A stretch of 64,000 nucleotides of DNA from Flavobacteriales bacterium (GTDB lineage Bacteria; Bacteroidota; Bacteroidia; Flavobacteriales_F; PHOS-HE28). The notes beneath the pieces were generated by a model. That model searched no databases, had not been told where the DNA came from, and saw only the letters and a list, made by a program, of their open reading frames with translations. The position numbers and the translations under genes were made by a program. This document shows, in pieces, positions 18,465 through 26,921 of the stretch; within the stretch, counting starts at the first letter, position 1, and each line of letters starts with the position of its first letter. The stretch is taken from contig JAEUSW010000089.1 of the NCBI GenBank assembly GCA_016788285.1, positions 11,211 to 75,210 on the forward strand. Reading direction: 5' to 3'.

Positions 18465-20006
18465 ATGAGCCAGCAAGAAGACCGCCTCAAGACCCTCATC
18501 GGCCATGCCAAGGAGTATGGCTTCGTGTTCCCCAGCAGCGAGATCTACGACGGCCTCAGCGCCACGTACGACTACGGTCCGTACGGCGTGGAGCTGAAGA
18601 ACAACATCCGCCGCTACTGGTGGGAGGCCATGACCAAGCTCCACGAGAACATCGTGGGCATCGACGCGGCCATCTTCATGCACCCCACCACCTGGAAGGC
18701 CAGCGGCCACGTGGACGCCTTCAACGATCCGCTCATCGACAACAAGGACAGCAAGAAGCGCTACCGCGCCGACGTGCTCCTCGAGGAGCACATGGCCAAG
18801 TACGCCGACAAGATCGAGAAGGAGGTGGAGAAGGGCCGCAAGAAGTTCGGCGAGGCCTTCGATGAGGCGCAGTTCCGCGCCACCAACCCCAACGTGAAGC
18901 GCAGCCAGGAGCGCATCGATGCGGTGGAGGGCCGCATGAAGGCCGCCCTGGAGGCCAACGACCTGGCCGCCGTGCGCCAGCTGATCATCGACGAGGAGAT
19001 CAAGTGCCCCATCAGCGGCACGGGCAACTGGACCGATGTGCGCCAGTTCAACCTGATGTTCGCCACCGAGCTGGGCAGCGTGAGCGGCGAGAGCAGCACC
19101 ATCTACCTGCGCCCCGAGACCGCCCAGGGCATCTTCGTCAACTTCCTCAATGTGCAGAAGAGCGCGCGCATGAAGATCCCCTTCGGCATCGCGCAGACCG
19201 GCAAGGCCTTCCGCAACGAGATCGTGGCGCGCCAGTTCATCTTCCGCATGCGCGAGTTCGAGCAGATGGAGATGCAGTTCTTCATCAAGCCCGGCACCCA
19301 GCAGGAGTGGTACGAGCACTGGAAGGCCAAGCGCATGGCCTGGCACCGCGCCCTGGGCCTGCCCGCGGACCACTACCGCTACCACGACCACATCAAGCTG
19401 GCGCACTACGCCGACGCGGCCTGCGACATCGAGTTCCGATTCCCCATGGGCTTCAAGGAACTGGAGGGCATCCACAGCCGCACCGACTTCGACCTGGCCA
19501 ACCACGAGAAGTACAGCGGCCGCAAGCTCACCTACTTCGACCCCGAGGCCAACGAGAGCTACGTGCCCTACGTGCTGGAGACCAGCATCGGCCTGGACCG
19601 CATGTTCCTGGCCATCCTCAGCGCGGCCTACGACGAGGAGAAGCTGGAGAACGGCGAGGAGCGCGTGGTGCTGCGCATCCCGGCGGCACTGGCGCCCGTG
19701 AAGGTGGCCGTGCTGCCGCTGATCAAGAAGGACGGCCTGCCCGAGAAGGCCCGCGCCATCATGGACCGCCTGAAGCTGGACCACAACTGCCAGTACGACG
19801 AGAAGGACAGCATCGGCAAGCGCTACCGCCGCCAGGACGCCATCGGCACGCCCTACTGCATCACCGTGGACCACGACACGCTGACCGATGAGGCCGTCAC
19901 CATCCGCGAGCGCGACAGCATGCGGCAGGAGCGCGTGCCCATCAGCGAGGTGGAGCGGATCGTGGGCGAGAAGGTGGACCTGAGGGGGTTGTTGAAGCAG
20001 CTCTGA
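18465..20006 (+). CDS. glyQS: Glycine--tRNA ligase (dimeric class II type)
   Basis: MSQQEDRLKTLIGHAKEYGFVFPSSEIYDGLSATYDYGPYGVELKNNI...; 513 aa. The track ORF begins at an upstream GTG (18264). The ATG at 18465 fits the conserved N-terminus. Confidence 0.93.
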   Translation: MSQQEDRLKTLIGHAKEYGFVFPSSEIYDGLSATYDYGPYGVELKNNIRRYWWEAMTKLHENIVGIDAAIFMHPTTWKASGHVDAFNDPLIDNKDSKKRYRADVLLEEHMAKYADKIEKEVEKGRKKFGEAFDEAQFRATNPNVKRSQERIDAVEGRMKAALEANDLAAVRQLIIDEEIKCPISGTGNWTDVRQFNLMFATELGSVSGESSTIYLRPETAQGIFVNFLNVQKSARMKIPFGIAQTGKAFRNEIVARQFIFRMREFEQMEMQFFIKPGTQQEWYEHWKAKRMAWHRALGLPADHYRYHDHIKLAHYADAACDIEFRFPMGFKELEGIHSRTDFDLANHEKYSGRKLTYFDPEANESYVPYVLETSIGLDRMFLAILSAAYDEEKLENGEERVVLRIPAALAPVKVAVLPLIKKDGLPEKARAIMDRLKLDHNCQYDEKDSIGKRYRRQDAIGTPYCITVDHDTLTDEAVTIRERDSMRQERVPISEVERIVGEKVDLRGLLKQL

Positions 20007-20097
20007 GCTCGCGCCGGCATCCGTAGGTCCGGGCGGAGGAACGGTCCCTTGGTCGACCGTCCATGGTCAACCCATCACCTCTTGACCCCAAGGCCCA

Positions 20098-21042
20098 TCA
20101 AGGTCGGGCGACGATGAAGCGCTGGCTGCTGACGGCCGACCCCGTGCGCACTTCGAGCAGGTAAGCACCGGCTTCGAACGCGCGGAGCGGGATCGTCATC
20201 CGACCGGTCGGTGGATGCTCCATCCTCCACACCTCAGCGCCCGTGGCGCTCACCACCCGCAGATGCAGCGCATCCGGCAGCACGTCCAGGAAAAGGAGTT
20301 CATTCGCCGGGTTGGGGTGGACCTGGGGTACCGTCATTCCGGCGACGTGCGTCGGTATGCCCGTGGGTAGCGAACAGGCCGTCCCGTTCTCCGGGAAATA
20401 GGTGGTGTCGGCCACGCTGTAACAGAAGCCCCAAAAGCTGCAATATCCGAGGTATGGAGGCTGCAAAAAGCCGAACCAACCGTTCCCGTTCCCGCTCCAG
20501 CCCACGCCTTCAATAAGGGAGAACTGGCCGGTCTGGTACCGCCTCCTGAACGAACCTTGAACGACCACGCTATCGATGGAAAGGACGACCGCACTGGGAA
20601 AGGTCCACATCACGGTCTGCACGACGGTATCACCCACCTCCAGGTCCATATCGTACAACAGTTGCTCCACGCCATTCAGCAGGCGATACATCGAACCCAG
20701 GGTGTCGCGGAGGAACAAGGACGGCACACCGTGGTGGTCAACGAACACCGTATCGTCGCAGGTCCCCGGGGGCACACCGCAATCCTTTTCAATGCTAAGG
20801 CTGGACTGAAAGACCTTTTTGTAGAGGTGCCCATTGATCACGGTGTCTCCATCCACCACACGTCGGTCCTTGACGGATTCACCGCACATCGGTGTGCCCG
20901 GAGGACAGCAGGTATATCCTTCCATCCAGACCGTGCCGTCGGCCAACCACACGTTCGACTGGGCCATCGTGGTGGCGCTCAACGATCCAGCGACCAGGGT
21001 CGTGGCCAGGGGTCGGATCAACCAACTGAACCAGTGGGACAT
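20098..21042 (-). CDS. Secreted hypothetical protein with T9SS type-A (Por_Secre_tail) C-terminal sorting domain
   Basis: 314-aa track ORF. The C-terminus is VHPNPANELLFLDV...LRVVSATGAEVWRME...AGAYLLEVRTGSAVSSQRFIVARP. G+C is lower than in the neighbours (34/60 and 35/60 on two hand-counted lines). Confidence 0.75.
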   Translation of the reverse strand: MSHWFSWLIRPLATTLVAGSLSATTMAQSNVWLADGTVWMEGYTCCPPGTPMCGESVKDRRVVDGDTVINGHLYKKVFQSSLSIEKDCGVPPGTCDDTVFVDHHGVPSLFLRDTLGSMYRLLNGVEQLLYDMDLEVGDTVVQTVMWTFPSAVVLSIDSVVVQGSFRRRYQTGQFSLIEGVGWSGNGNGWFGFLQPPYLGYCSFWGFCYSVADTTYFPENGTACSLPTGIPTHVAGMTVPQVHPNPANELLFLDVLPDALHLRVVSATGAEVWRMEHPPTGRMTIPLRAFEAGAYLLEVRTGSAVSSQRFIVARP

Positions 21043-21206
21043 GGGAGACGGTTATCGACGAACAAGATAGGTCGACCGCCTTCCTTCGCGTGATGTTGGT
21101 CCCATCCTCCGCTGGCGCCAAAGCATGGAACGCGTGATCGCCACCAGGTGGTGGACCGCATCATGTGCGCCAGGACCCATGCACCGTTGAAGCAGCTCCA
21201 AGCCGC

Positions 21207-21214
21207 TATCTTCG
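21207..21214 (+). promoter_or_regulatory. Candidate -7 box (TATCTTCG) upstream of tRNA-Leu
   Basis: One mismatch to TAnnTTTG, 23 nt upstream of tRNA position 1. It closely resembles the sodA box GCTATCTTTGC. Confidence 0.3.
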
Positions 21215-21237
21215 CGCTCCCCGAAAGGGTCCCCCCC

Positions 21238-21322
21238 ACCCAGGTGGCGGAATCGGTAGACGCGCTGGTCTCAAACACCAGTGAAGCAATTCGTGCGGGT
21301 TCGAGTCCCGCCCTGGGTACCA
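21238..21322 (+). tRNA. tRNA-Leu (anticodon CAA), type II with long variable arm, CCA encoded
   Basis: Folded by hand. Acceptor stem ACCCAGG/CCTGGGT. Anticodon stem CTGGT/ACCAG with loop CTCAAAC. Variable arm TGAAGCAATTCGT. T arm GCGGG-TTCGAGT-CCCGC. Discriminator A followed by CCA. Confidence 0.9.
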
Positions 21323-21421
21323 GGAACATGCGCCCATGTGCTCATACGGGCATGTGGACATGGCCTGACCGTGCGACCTGTGCATTTGCCGGGCACACGA
21401 GCATGGGCACATGAAGGATCC

Positions 21422-21880
21422 ATGGGCACGCAGGAGCAGCTGGTCTATTCCGACCCCAAGAAGCAGGAACGCTACGACCGCGCCTACATGCGCATGGCCC
21501 AGGAATGGGCGAAACTGAGCCACTGCACGCGCAAGAAGGTGGGCGCCCTCATCGTCAAGGAGGGCATGATCATCAGCGACGGCTACAACGGCACACCCAC
21601 CGGCTTCCCCAACGACTGTGAGGACGAGAGCGGCATGACCCTCTGGTACGTGCTGCACGCCGAGGCCAATGCCATCATGAAAGTGGCCCGAAGCACCAAC
21701 AATGCGCGGGGTGCGACGTTGTATCTCACGCATTCCCCCTGCAAGGAGTGCAGCAAGCTCATCCTGCAGGCCGGCATCAAGCGCCTCGTGTACCTCACCG
21801 CCTACAAGGACCCCTCCGGCCTGGACCTGCTGGCGCGCGGGGGTGTGACCCTGCAGCACCTGGAACCCGACCCCGCATGA
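21422..21880 (+). CDS. Deoxycytidylate (dCMP) deaminase, CMP/dCMP zinc-binding family
   Basis: Motifs HAEANA and PCKECSKLI; 152 aa from the ATG at 21422 (within track ORF 21281..21880). Confidence 0.85.
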   Translation: MGTQEQLVYSDPKKQERYDRAYMRMAQEWAKLSHCTRKKVGALIVKEGMIISDGYNGTPTGFPNDCEDESGMTLWYVLHAEANAIMKVARSTNNARGATLYLTHSPCKECSKLILQAGIKRLVYLTAYKDPSGLDLLARGGVTLQHLEPDPA

Positions 21881-23493
21881 GGGACCCCCGTACCATCCAC
21901 CCCGCGGTACCGTTGCTGCTGAGCCTGGCGCTGGTGGCCGGCCTCTTCATCGGCCATGGCATGCGCCGCGAGCACATGCCCCTGCCCGCCCTCTTCGTGG
22001 CCCGCGGCACCAGCCCCTCCGACAAGGTGGACCAAGTGCTCGACCTCATCGACCGACAGTATGTGGACACCGTGGCCAAGACCCAGCTGGTGGAGGAGGT
22101 GATCCAGGACCTCCTGCAGCGGCTAGACCCCCACAGCTACTACATCAGCGCTGCCGAGCTGCGCGCCGCCCAGGAGCCCCTCGAAGGCAGCTTCGAGGGC
22201 ATCGGGGTGGAGTTCGCCATCCAGCACGACACCGTGGTGGTGATCGCCCCGGTGGAAGGCGGCCCCAGCGCCGCATTGGGCATCCGCGCCGGCGACCGCA
22301 TCGTGGCCGCCGACGGGAGACCCATGACGGGCATGGACATCACCAATGAGCAGGTGATGGAGCGCCTGCGTGGCCCGGGTGGGAGCTCGGTCACCGTGTC
22401 CATCGTTCGAAAGGGCCAGGCCCGCCCCTTCGAGGTCACCATCGAACGCGGCAAGATCCCCATCACCAGCGTGGCGGCCAGCCTGCTCCGGCCCGATGGC
22501 ACCGGCTACATCAAGCTCGTACGCTTCGCGCGCACCACGCACCAGGAGTTCGTGGACGCGGCCCGCGCCCTGCAACAGGCCGGCATGCAGCGCCTGGTGC
22601 TCGACCTGCGCGGCAATGGAGGCGGCTACCTCAACGCGGCCATCGAACTGGCCGATGAGTTCCTGCCCGAGGACCGGATGATCGTGTACACCCAGGGCCG
22701 CTCGCATCCGCGCCAGGACTACCGCGCCACGCGCAACGGGCTGCTGGAGACCATGCCCCTGGCCGTGCTGATCGACGAAGGCAGCGCCAGTGCCAGTGAG
22801 ATCCTGGCCGGCGCGGTGCAGGACAATGACCGCGGGACGATCGTGGGCCGCCGCTCCTTCGGGAAAGGCCTGGTCCAGGAACACCTTGACCTGCCCGATC
22901 ACAGCGCCGTGCGCCTCACCACCGCCCGCTATTACACCCCCAGCGGCCGCAGCATCCAGCGTCCCTATGGGGAGGGGATCGACTATGCCGATGACCTGGC
23001 CGAACGCTTCGACCACGGGGAGATGCTCCACGCCGACAGCGCGCAGGTGGATTCCACCCAGGTCTACCGCACCACCAGCGGCCGTGTCGTCTACGGCGGC
23101 GGCGGGATCACCCCGGACCTCTTCGTGGCCGCCGACACCGCCGGCACCACCCGCTTTCTGAACGAGCTCTTCTTCAGCGGCACCCTGAACCAGTTCGCCT
23201 TCGATGTGGTGGACCGCGACCGTGCACGGTTCGAGGCCTTCGGCGACCCCCTGGTGTTCCGTGACCGGTTCCGGATGGACGATCGGCTCTGGGCCGATCT
23301 GGTCGCCCTTGCCACCAAAGAGGGCATCACCGACCGGCCCGGGGAACGCGCCCAGAGCGCAGCGGCCATCGAGCAACGGCTCAAGGCCGGCATTGCCCGC
23401 AACGTGTGGGGCAACGAGGGCTTCTATCGCATCCTGTTGGACAGCGACAGCATCTTCCTGAAGGCCGACGAACGCCTGCGTGCCGGCGGTTGA
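21877..23493 (+). CDS. S41-family C-terminal processing peptidase
   Basis: The ATG at 21877 overlaps the upstream stop (ATGA). N-terminal TM segment PAVPLLLSLALVAGLFIG, PDZ-like segment, and the blocks LVLDLRGNGGGYL and GSASASEILAGA...GRRSFGKGLVQ. Confidence 0.88.
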   Translation: MRDPRTIHPAVPLLLSLALVAGLFIGHGMRREHMPLPALFVARGTSPSDKVDQVLDLIDRQYVDTVAKTQLVEEVIQDLLQRLDPHSYYISAAELRAAQEPLEGSFEGIGVEFAIQHDTVVVIAPVEGGPSAALGIRAGDRIVAADGRPMTGMDITNEQVMERLRGPGGSSVTVSIVRKGQARPFEVTIERGKIPITSVAASLLRPDGTGYIKLVRFARTTHQEFVDAARALQQAGMQRLVLDLRGNGGGYLNAAIELADEFLPEDRMIVYTQGRSHPRQDYRATRNGLLETMPLAVLIDEGSASASEILAGAVQDNDRGTIVGRRSFGKGLVQEHLDLPDHSAVRLTTARYYTPSGRSIQRPYGEGIDYADDLAERFDHGEMLHADSAQVDSTQVYRTTSGRVVYGGGGITPDLFVAADTAGTTRFLNELFFSGTLNQFAFDVVDRDRARFEAFGDPLVFRDRFRMDDRLWADLVALATKEGITDRPGERAQSAAAIEQRLKAGIARNVWGNEGFYRILLDSDSIFLKADERLRAGG

Positions 23494-23511
23494 ATCGGCC
23501 GGGCGCAAATG

Positions 23512-23537
23512 AGAAGGGGGCCTCGCGGCCCCCTTCT
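23512..23537. terminator. Bidirectional hairpin between convergent genes
   Basis: Perfect 11-bp stem AGAAGGGGGCC / GGCCCCCTTCT with loop TCGC, between the S41 stop (23493) and the lipoprotein stop (23556). Confidence 0.55.
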
Positions 23538-23555
23538 GCTGGATCTTGGGTCGGC

Positions 23556-23828
23556 TTAGTGGCCCACAGCCTTCTTGGCGGCGTCCACGGCGCCCTCCAC
23601 CTTGGTGGCGGCGCTGTCCATCATGGCACCGGCGGTGCTGTCCACAGCAGCGGCAGCAGCAGCGGCAGCGGCGGCAGCCTCGGCGGCCTTGATGCTGTCC
23701 ATGCGGAGCACATTGGCGATGCTGTCAGCGGTGGCCTTGGCCTTCGCCTCCAGTTCTTCAGCGCTCGGACCGCCGCAGGCGACGAGCAGTGCGGCCATGG
23801 CGGCCAGCACAGCGAACTTCTTGGTCAT
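23556..23828 (-). CDS. Small Ala-rich lipoprotein (90 aa)
   Basis: MTKKFAVLAAMAALLVACGG carries a lipobox. The start at 23828 was chosen within track ORF 23556..23963. A perfect -7 box lies 31 nt upstream. Confidence 0.6.
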   Translation of the reverse strand: MTKKFAVLAAMAALLVACGGPSAEELEAKAKATADSIANVLRMDSIKAAEAAAAAAAAAAAVDSTAGAMMDSAATKVEGAVDAAKKAVGH

Positions 23829-23859
23829 TGACGTGGTGGTGTTTTGGTGAAAGTGGCGG

Positions 23860-23867
23860 CAAATGTA
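23860..23867 (-). promoter_or_regulatory. -7 box TACATTTG (perfect TAnnTTTG) for the lipoprotein gene
   Basis: Reverse complement of caaatgta, 31 nt upstream of the ATG at 23828. Confidence 0.45.
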
Positions 23868-23912
23868 GTGAGTTCCAGCACATTCCAAATCGACGTCGGC
23901 ATTCGCCGTGGC

Positions 23913-23920
23913 TATCTTTG
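23913..23920 (+). promoter_or_regulatory. -7 box TATCTTTG (perfect TAnnTTTG) for sodA
   Basis: 41 nt upstream of the ATG at 23962. It is arranged back-to-back with the box at 23860-23867. Confidence 0.45.
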
Positions 23921-23961
23921 CACCCGTCGCCTTTCTCGGACCACCTAACTCACTGACCGCC

Positions 23962-24570
23962 ATGCCCTTTCAGCTTCCCGAACTCCCCTACCCGCACGCC
24001 GCCCTGGAACCGGTGATCGACACCCTCACCATGCAGATCCATCATGGCAAGCACCACCAGGCCTACGTCACCAACCTGAACAAGGCCATCGAAGGCACCC
24101 CGCTCGATGGCAAGGGCATCGAGGAGATCCTGAACGGCCTCGACATGACCAACATGGCCGTGCGCAACAACGGAGGCGGCCACTACAACCACACGCTCTT
24201 CTGGTCCATCATGGGCCCCAACGCCGGTGGCACGCCCGCCGGTGCGCTGGCCGAAGCGATCACCTCGGCCTTCGGCTCCTTCGAGTCCTTCAAGGAGAAG
24301 TTCGGCCAGGCCGGCATCACGCGCTTCGGCAGCGGGTGGGCCTGGCTCTGCGTGCAGCCGGGCGGGAAACTGGACCTCTGCAGCACCCCCAACCAGGACA
24401 ACCCCCTGATGCCCGGCACCGGCTGCGGCGGCACCCCGATCCTTGGCCTCGACGTGTGGGAGCATGCCTACTACCTGCACTACCAGAACCGCCGTCCGGA
24501 CTACGTCGCCGCCTGGTGGAACGTGGTGAACTGGACCGAAGTGGAGCGTCGGTACGCGGCCGGACGCTGA
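23962..24570 (+). CDS. sodA: Superoxide dismutase, Fe/Mn family (Mn-type signature)
   Basis: [42 protein letters not shown]; 202 aa. The GGGH-NH motif suggests the Mn type. Confidence 0.9.
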   Translation: MPFQLPELPYPHAALEPVIDTLTMQIHHGKHHQAYVTNLNKAIEGTPLDGKGIEEILNGLDMTNMAVRNNGGGHYNHTLFWSIMGPNAGGTPAGALAEAITSAFGSFESFKEKFGQAGITRFGSGWAWLCVQPGGKLDLCSTPNQDNPLMPGTGCGGTPILGLDVWEHAYYLHYQNRRPDYVAAWWNVVNWTEVERRYAAGR

Positions 24571-24604
24571 GCCCGTCGGTCGCCGCCCGGATACCTTTGG
24601 CCGC

Positions 24605-24973
24605 ATGGGCCGATGGGCAGGTGCTTGCGTGATGCTGTGGCTGCTGCTGGGCACCACGGCCTCCGCCACCGCCGCCGGCCCGTGGATGCCTGTGCACGGA
24701 CCACGGCCGCCTGCGGACAGCCTTCGCCGGGAGCCCGAACGGTTGGTCGCCAGTGTGCTGGCCGTCGGCCTCGGAACGTTCGGGGCGCATCGCATCTACC
24801 TCGGGACCCGTCCGGGCGTGCCCATCCTCTACGGCATCACCTTCGGGGGCTTCGGCATCCTGCCCTTGCTGGACCTCGGGCATCTGTTGTTCACCAAGGA
24901 CCTTGAGCCCTACCGCGACAACCGGCAGGTCTTCATGTGGGCCAAGCCCAGGAAGCCCACCACCGCGCCGTGA
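24605..24973 (+). CDS. TM2 domain-containing membrane protein
   Basis: The GTFGAHRIYLG motif followed by a second hydrophobic helix. The start could be a downstream Met. Confidence 0.65.
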   Translation: MGRWAGACVMLWLLLGTTASATAAGPWMPVHGPRPPADSLRREPERLVASVLAVGLGTFGAHRIYLGTRPGVPILYGITFGGFGILPLLDLGHLLFTKDLEPYRDNRQVFMWAKPRKPTTAP

Positions 24974-25041
24974 AGTGGGCCTGATGCCGCTGCGCGAAGC
25001 GAGCCCGGCTCATCCGATCCAGTGGGCGCAGGGCCGCACGG

Positions 25042-25059
25042 ACCCATGAGCACATGGGT
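25042..25059. terminator. Weak hairpin between the convergent TM2 gene and glmS
   Basis: ACCCATG-AGCA-CATGGGT, a 7-bp stem with no U-tract. Confidence 0.2.
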
Positions 25060-25070
25060 GTGCGCGGCGC

Positions 25071-26915
25071 CTACTCCACCGTCACGCTCTTGGCCAGGTT
25101 CCGCGGCTGGTCCACATTGCAGCCCCGCATCACGGCGATGTGGTAGCTGATCAGCTGGAAGGGGATGACGCTCAGCAACGGCACGAAGGGGTCGGGCGTC
25201 TCGGGGATGGGGATCACATGGTCCGCCAGGCCCTTCACCACGGTGTCGCCCTCGGTGACGATGGCGATCACCTTGCCCTTGCGGGCCTTCACCTCCTGGA
25301 TGTTGCTCACCACCTTCTCGTAGCTGGCGCCCTTGGTGGCGATCACGAACACGGGCATCTCCTCATCGATGAGGGCGATGGGGCCGTGCTTCATCTCGGC
25401 GGCCGGGTAGCCCTCGGCATGGATGTAACTGATCTCCTTGAGCTTCAGCGCACCCTCGAGGGCCACCGGGAAGCTGAACCCGCGGCCGAGGTACAGGGCG
25501 TTCGCGGCGTCCTTGTAGATGTCGGCGATGTACTTGATCTGCGCCTCGTTGCGGAGCACGGCCTCCACCTTGCCGGGGATGGCGTCCAGCTCGTTCAGCA
25601 GCCGGTAGAACTTGCTGCCGCTGATGGTGCCACGCTTCTGGCCGATCATCAGGGCCATCAGGGTCAGCACGGTCACCTGGGCCGTGAAGGCCTTGGTGCT
25701 GGCCACCCCGATCTCCGGTCCCGCGTGCGTGTATGAGCCGGCATGCGTCACCCGGGCGATGCTGCTGCCCACCACGTTGCAGATGCCGATGATGGTGGCA
25801 CCGCGGCCTTTCGCCAGCTCGATCGCGGCCATCGTATCGGCCGTCTCGCCGCTCTGGCTGATGGCGATCACGATGTCGTCCTCGTTGATGATCGGGTTGC
25901 GGTAGCGGAACTCACTGGCGTACTCCACCTCCACGGGGATGCGGGCCAGCTCCTCGAAGAGGTACTCGCCCACCAGGCCCGCATGCCAGCTGGTGCCGCA
26001 GCCCACGATCAGGATGCGCTTGGCCTGCACGAACTTCTGCTCGTAGTCCTTGATGCCCCCGAGCACCACCTCGCCCTTGGCCAGGTTGAGGCGGCCCCGC
26101 ATGCTGTCGCGGATGCTGCGCGGCTGCTCATGGATCTCCTTGAGCATGAAGTGGTCGTAGCCCCCCTTCTCCAAGGCCTCCAGGTGCATCTCCAGCTCCT
26201 GGATGAAGGGGGTCTTCACCTGGTTCTTGATGTTCCGGATCTTGAGGCCCTGACGACGGTCGATCACCGCGATCTCCCCATCCTCCAGGTACACCACGTT
26301 CTTCGTGTGCTCCACGATGGGCGTGGCATCGCTGGCCACGAAGTGCTCCCCGTGGTCACCGATGCCGATCACCAGGGGCGAGCTCTTGCGCGCGGCCACC
26401 ATCACGTCCGGGTCCTTGCGGTCAAGCACCACGATCGCATAGGCGCCCACCACGCTCTCCAGGGCCAACCGAACGGCCTCGGCGAGGTCCACCCCCTCGG
26501 TGCGCTGGATGTCGTCCACGAGATGCACCAGCACCTCGGTGTCCGTGTCGCTGCGGAACACATGGCCGCGGGAGAGCAGCTCCTCCTTGATGGGCGCGTA
26601 GTTCTCGATGATGCCGTTGTGGATCAACGCCAGATCACCGCTGGTGCTCTGATGCGGGTGCGCGTTGATGTCGTTGGGCGGACCGTGCGTGGCCCATCGC
26701 GTGTGACCGATGCCCACCGTTCCGGTGTGCGGGCGGCCCTCCACATGGGCCTCCAGGTCGCTCACCTTTCCCTGGCACTTGTGGATCGTCAGCACGCCAC
26801 CGTCCAGCAGGGCGACGCCCGCGCTGTCGTAGCCCCGATACTCCAGGCGTCGCAGGCCGTTGATCAGGATGGGATAGGCCTGTTTGTCACCCAGGTAGGC
26901 TACGATACCGCACAT
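25071..26915 (-). CDS. glmS: Glutamine--fructose-6-phosphate aminotransferase (isomerizing)
   Basis: 614 aa. MCGIVAYLG N-terminal nucleophile, two SIS domains, and C-terminus ...NLAKSVTVE. Confidence 0.96.
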   Translation of the reverse strand: MCGIVAYLGDKQAYPILINGLRRLEYRGYDSAGVALLDGGVLTIHKCQGKVSDLEAHVEGRPHTGTVGIGHTRWATHGPPNDINAHPHQSTSGDLALIHNGIIENYAPIKEELLSRGHVFRSDTDTEVLVHLVDDIQRTEGVDLAEAVRLALESVVGAYAIVVLDRKDPDVMVAARKSSPLVIGIGDHGEHFVASDATPIVEHTKNVVYLEDGEIAVIDRRQGLKIRNIKNQVKTPFIQELEMHLEALEKGGYDHFMLKEIHEQPRSIRDSMRGRLNLAKGEVVLGGIKDYEQKFVQAKRILIVGCGTSWHAGLVGEYLFEELARIPVEVEYASEFRYRNPIINEDDIVIAISQSGETADTMAAIELAKGRGATIIGICNVVGSSIARVTHAGSYTHAGPEIGVASTKAFTAQVTVLTLMALMIGQKRGTISGSKFYRLLNELDAIPGKVEAVLRNEAQIKYIADIYKDAANALYLGRGFSFPVALEGALKLKEISYIHAEGYPAAEMKHGPIALIDEEMPVFVIATKGASYEKVVSNIQEVKARKGKVIAIVTEGDTVVKGLADHVIPIPETPDPFVPLLSVIPFQLISYHIAVMRGCNVDQPRNLAKSVTVE

Positions 26916-26921
26916 GGCCGC

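Noticed and set aside
18156-19874. Upstream extension of track ORF 17148..19874 (908 aa)
   Set aside because: The extension is antisense to glyQS and has low-complexity Ala/Gly/Val/Leu content. A canonical signal peptide starts at the internal ATG at 18155.
21043-21421. tRNA-associated genomic island or integrative element
   Set aside because: No integrase, excisionase or direct repeat of the tRNA 3' end is visible on either side. Only a single lower-GC gene is adjacent, so it is reported as a low-interest observation rather than a mobile element.
23575-23850. 91-aa plus-strand ORF overlapping the small lipoprotein gene
   Set aside because: The minus-strand frame has a lipobox signal peptide and a perfect -7 box at the right distance. 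The plus-strand frame has neither and would lie head-on inside a convergent terminator region.
26916-26921. Possibility of a glmS ribozyme/riboswitch upstream of glmS
   Set aside because: Only 6 nt separate glmS from the upstream gene, so there is no room for a structured leader. glmS is an internal operon gene here.
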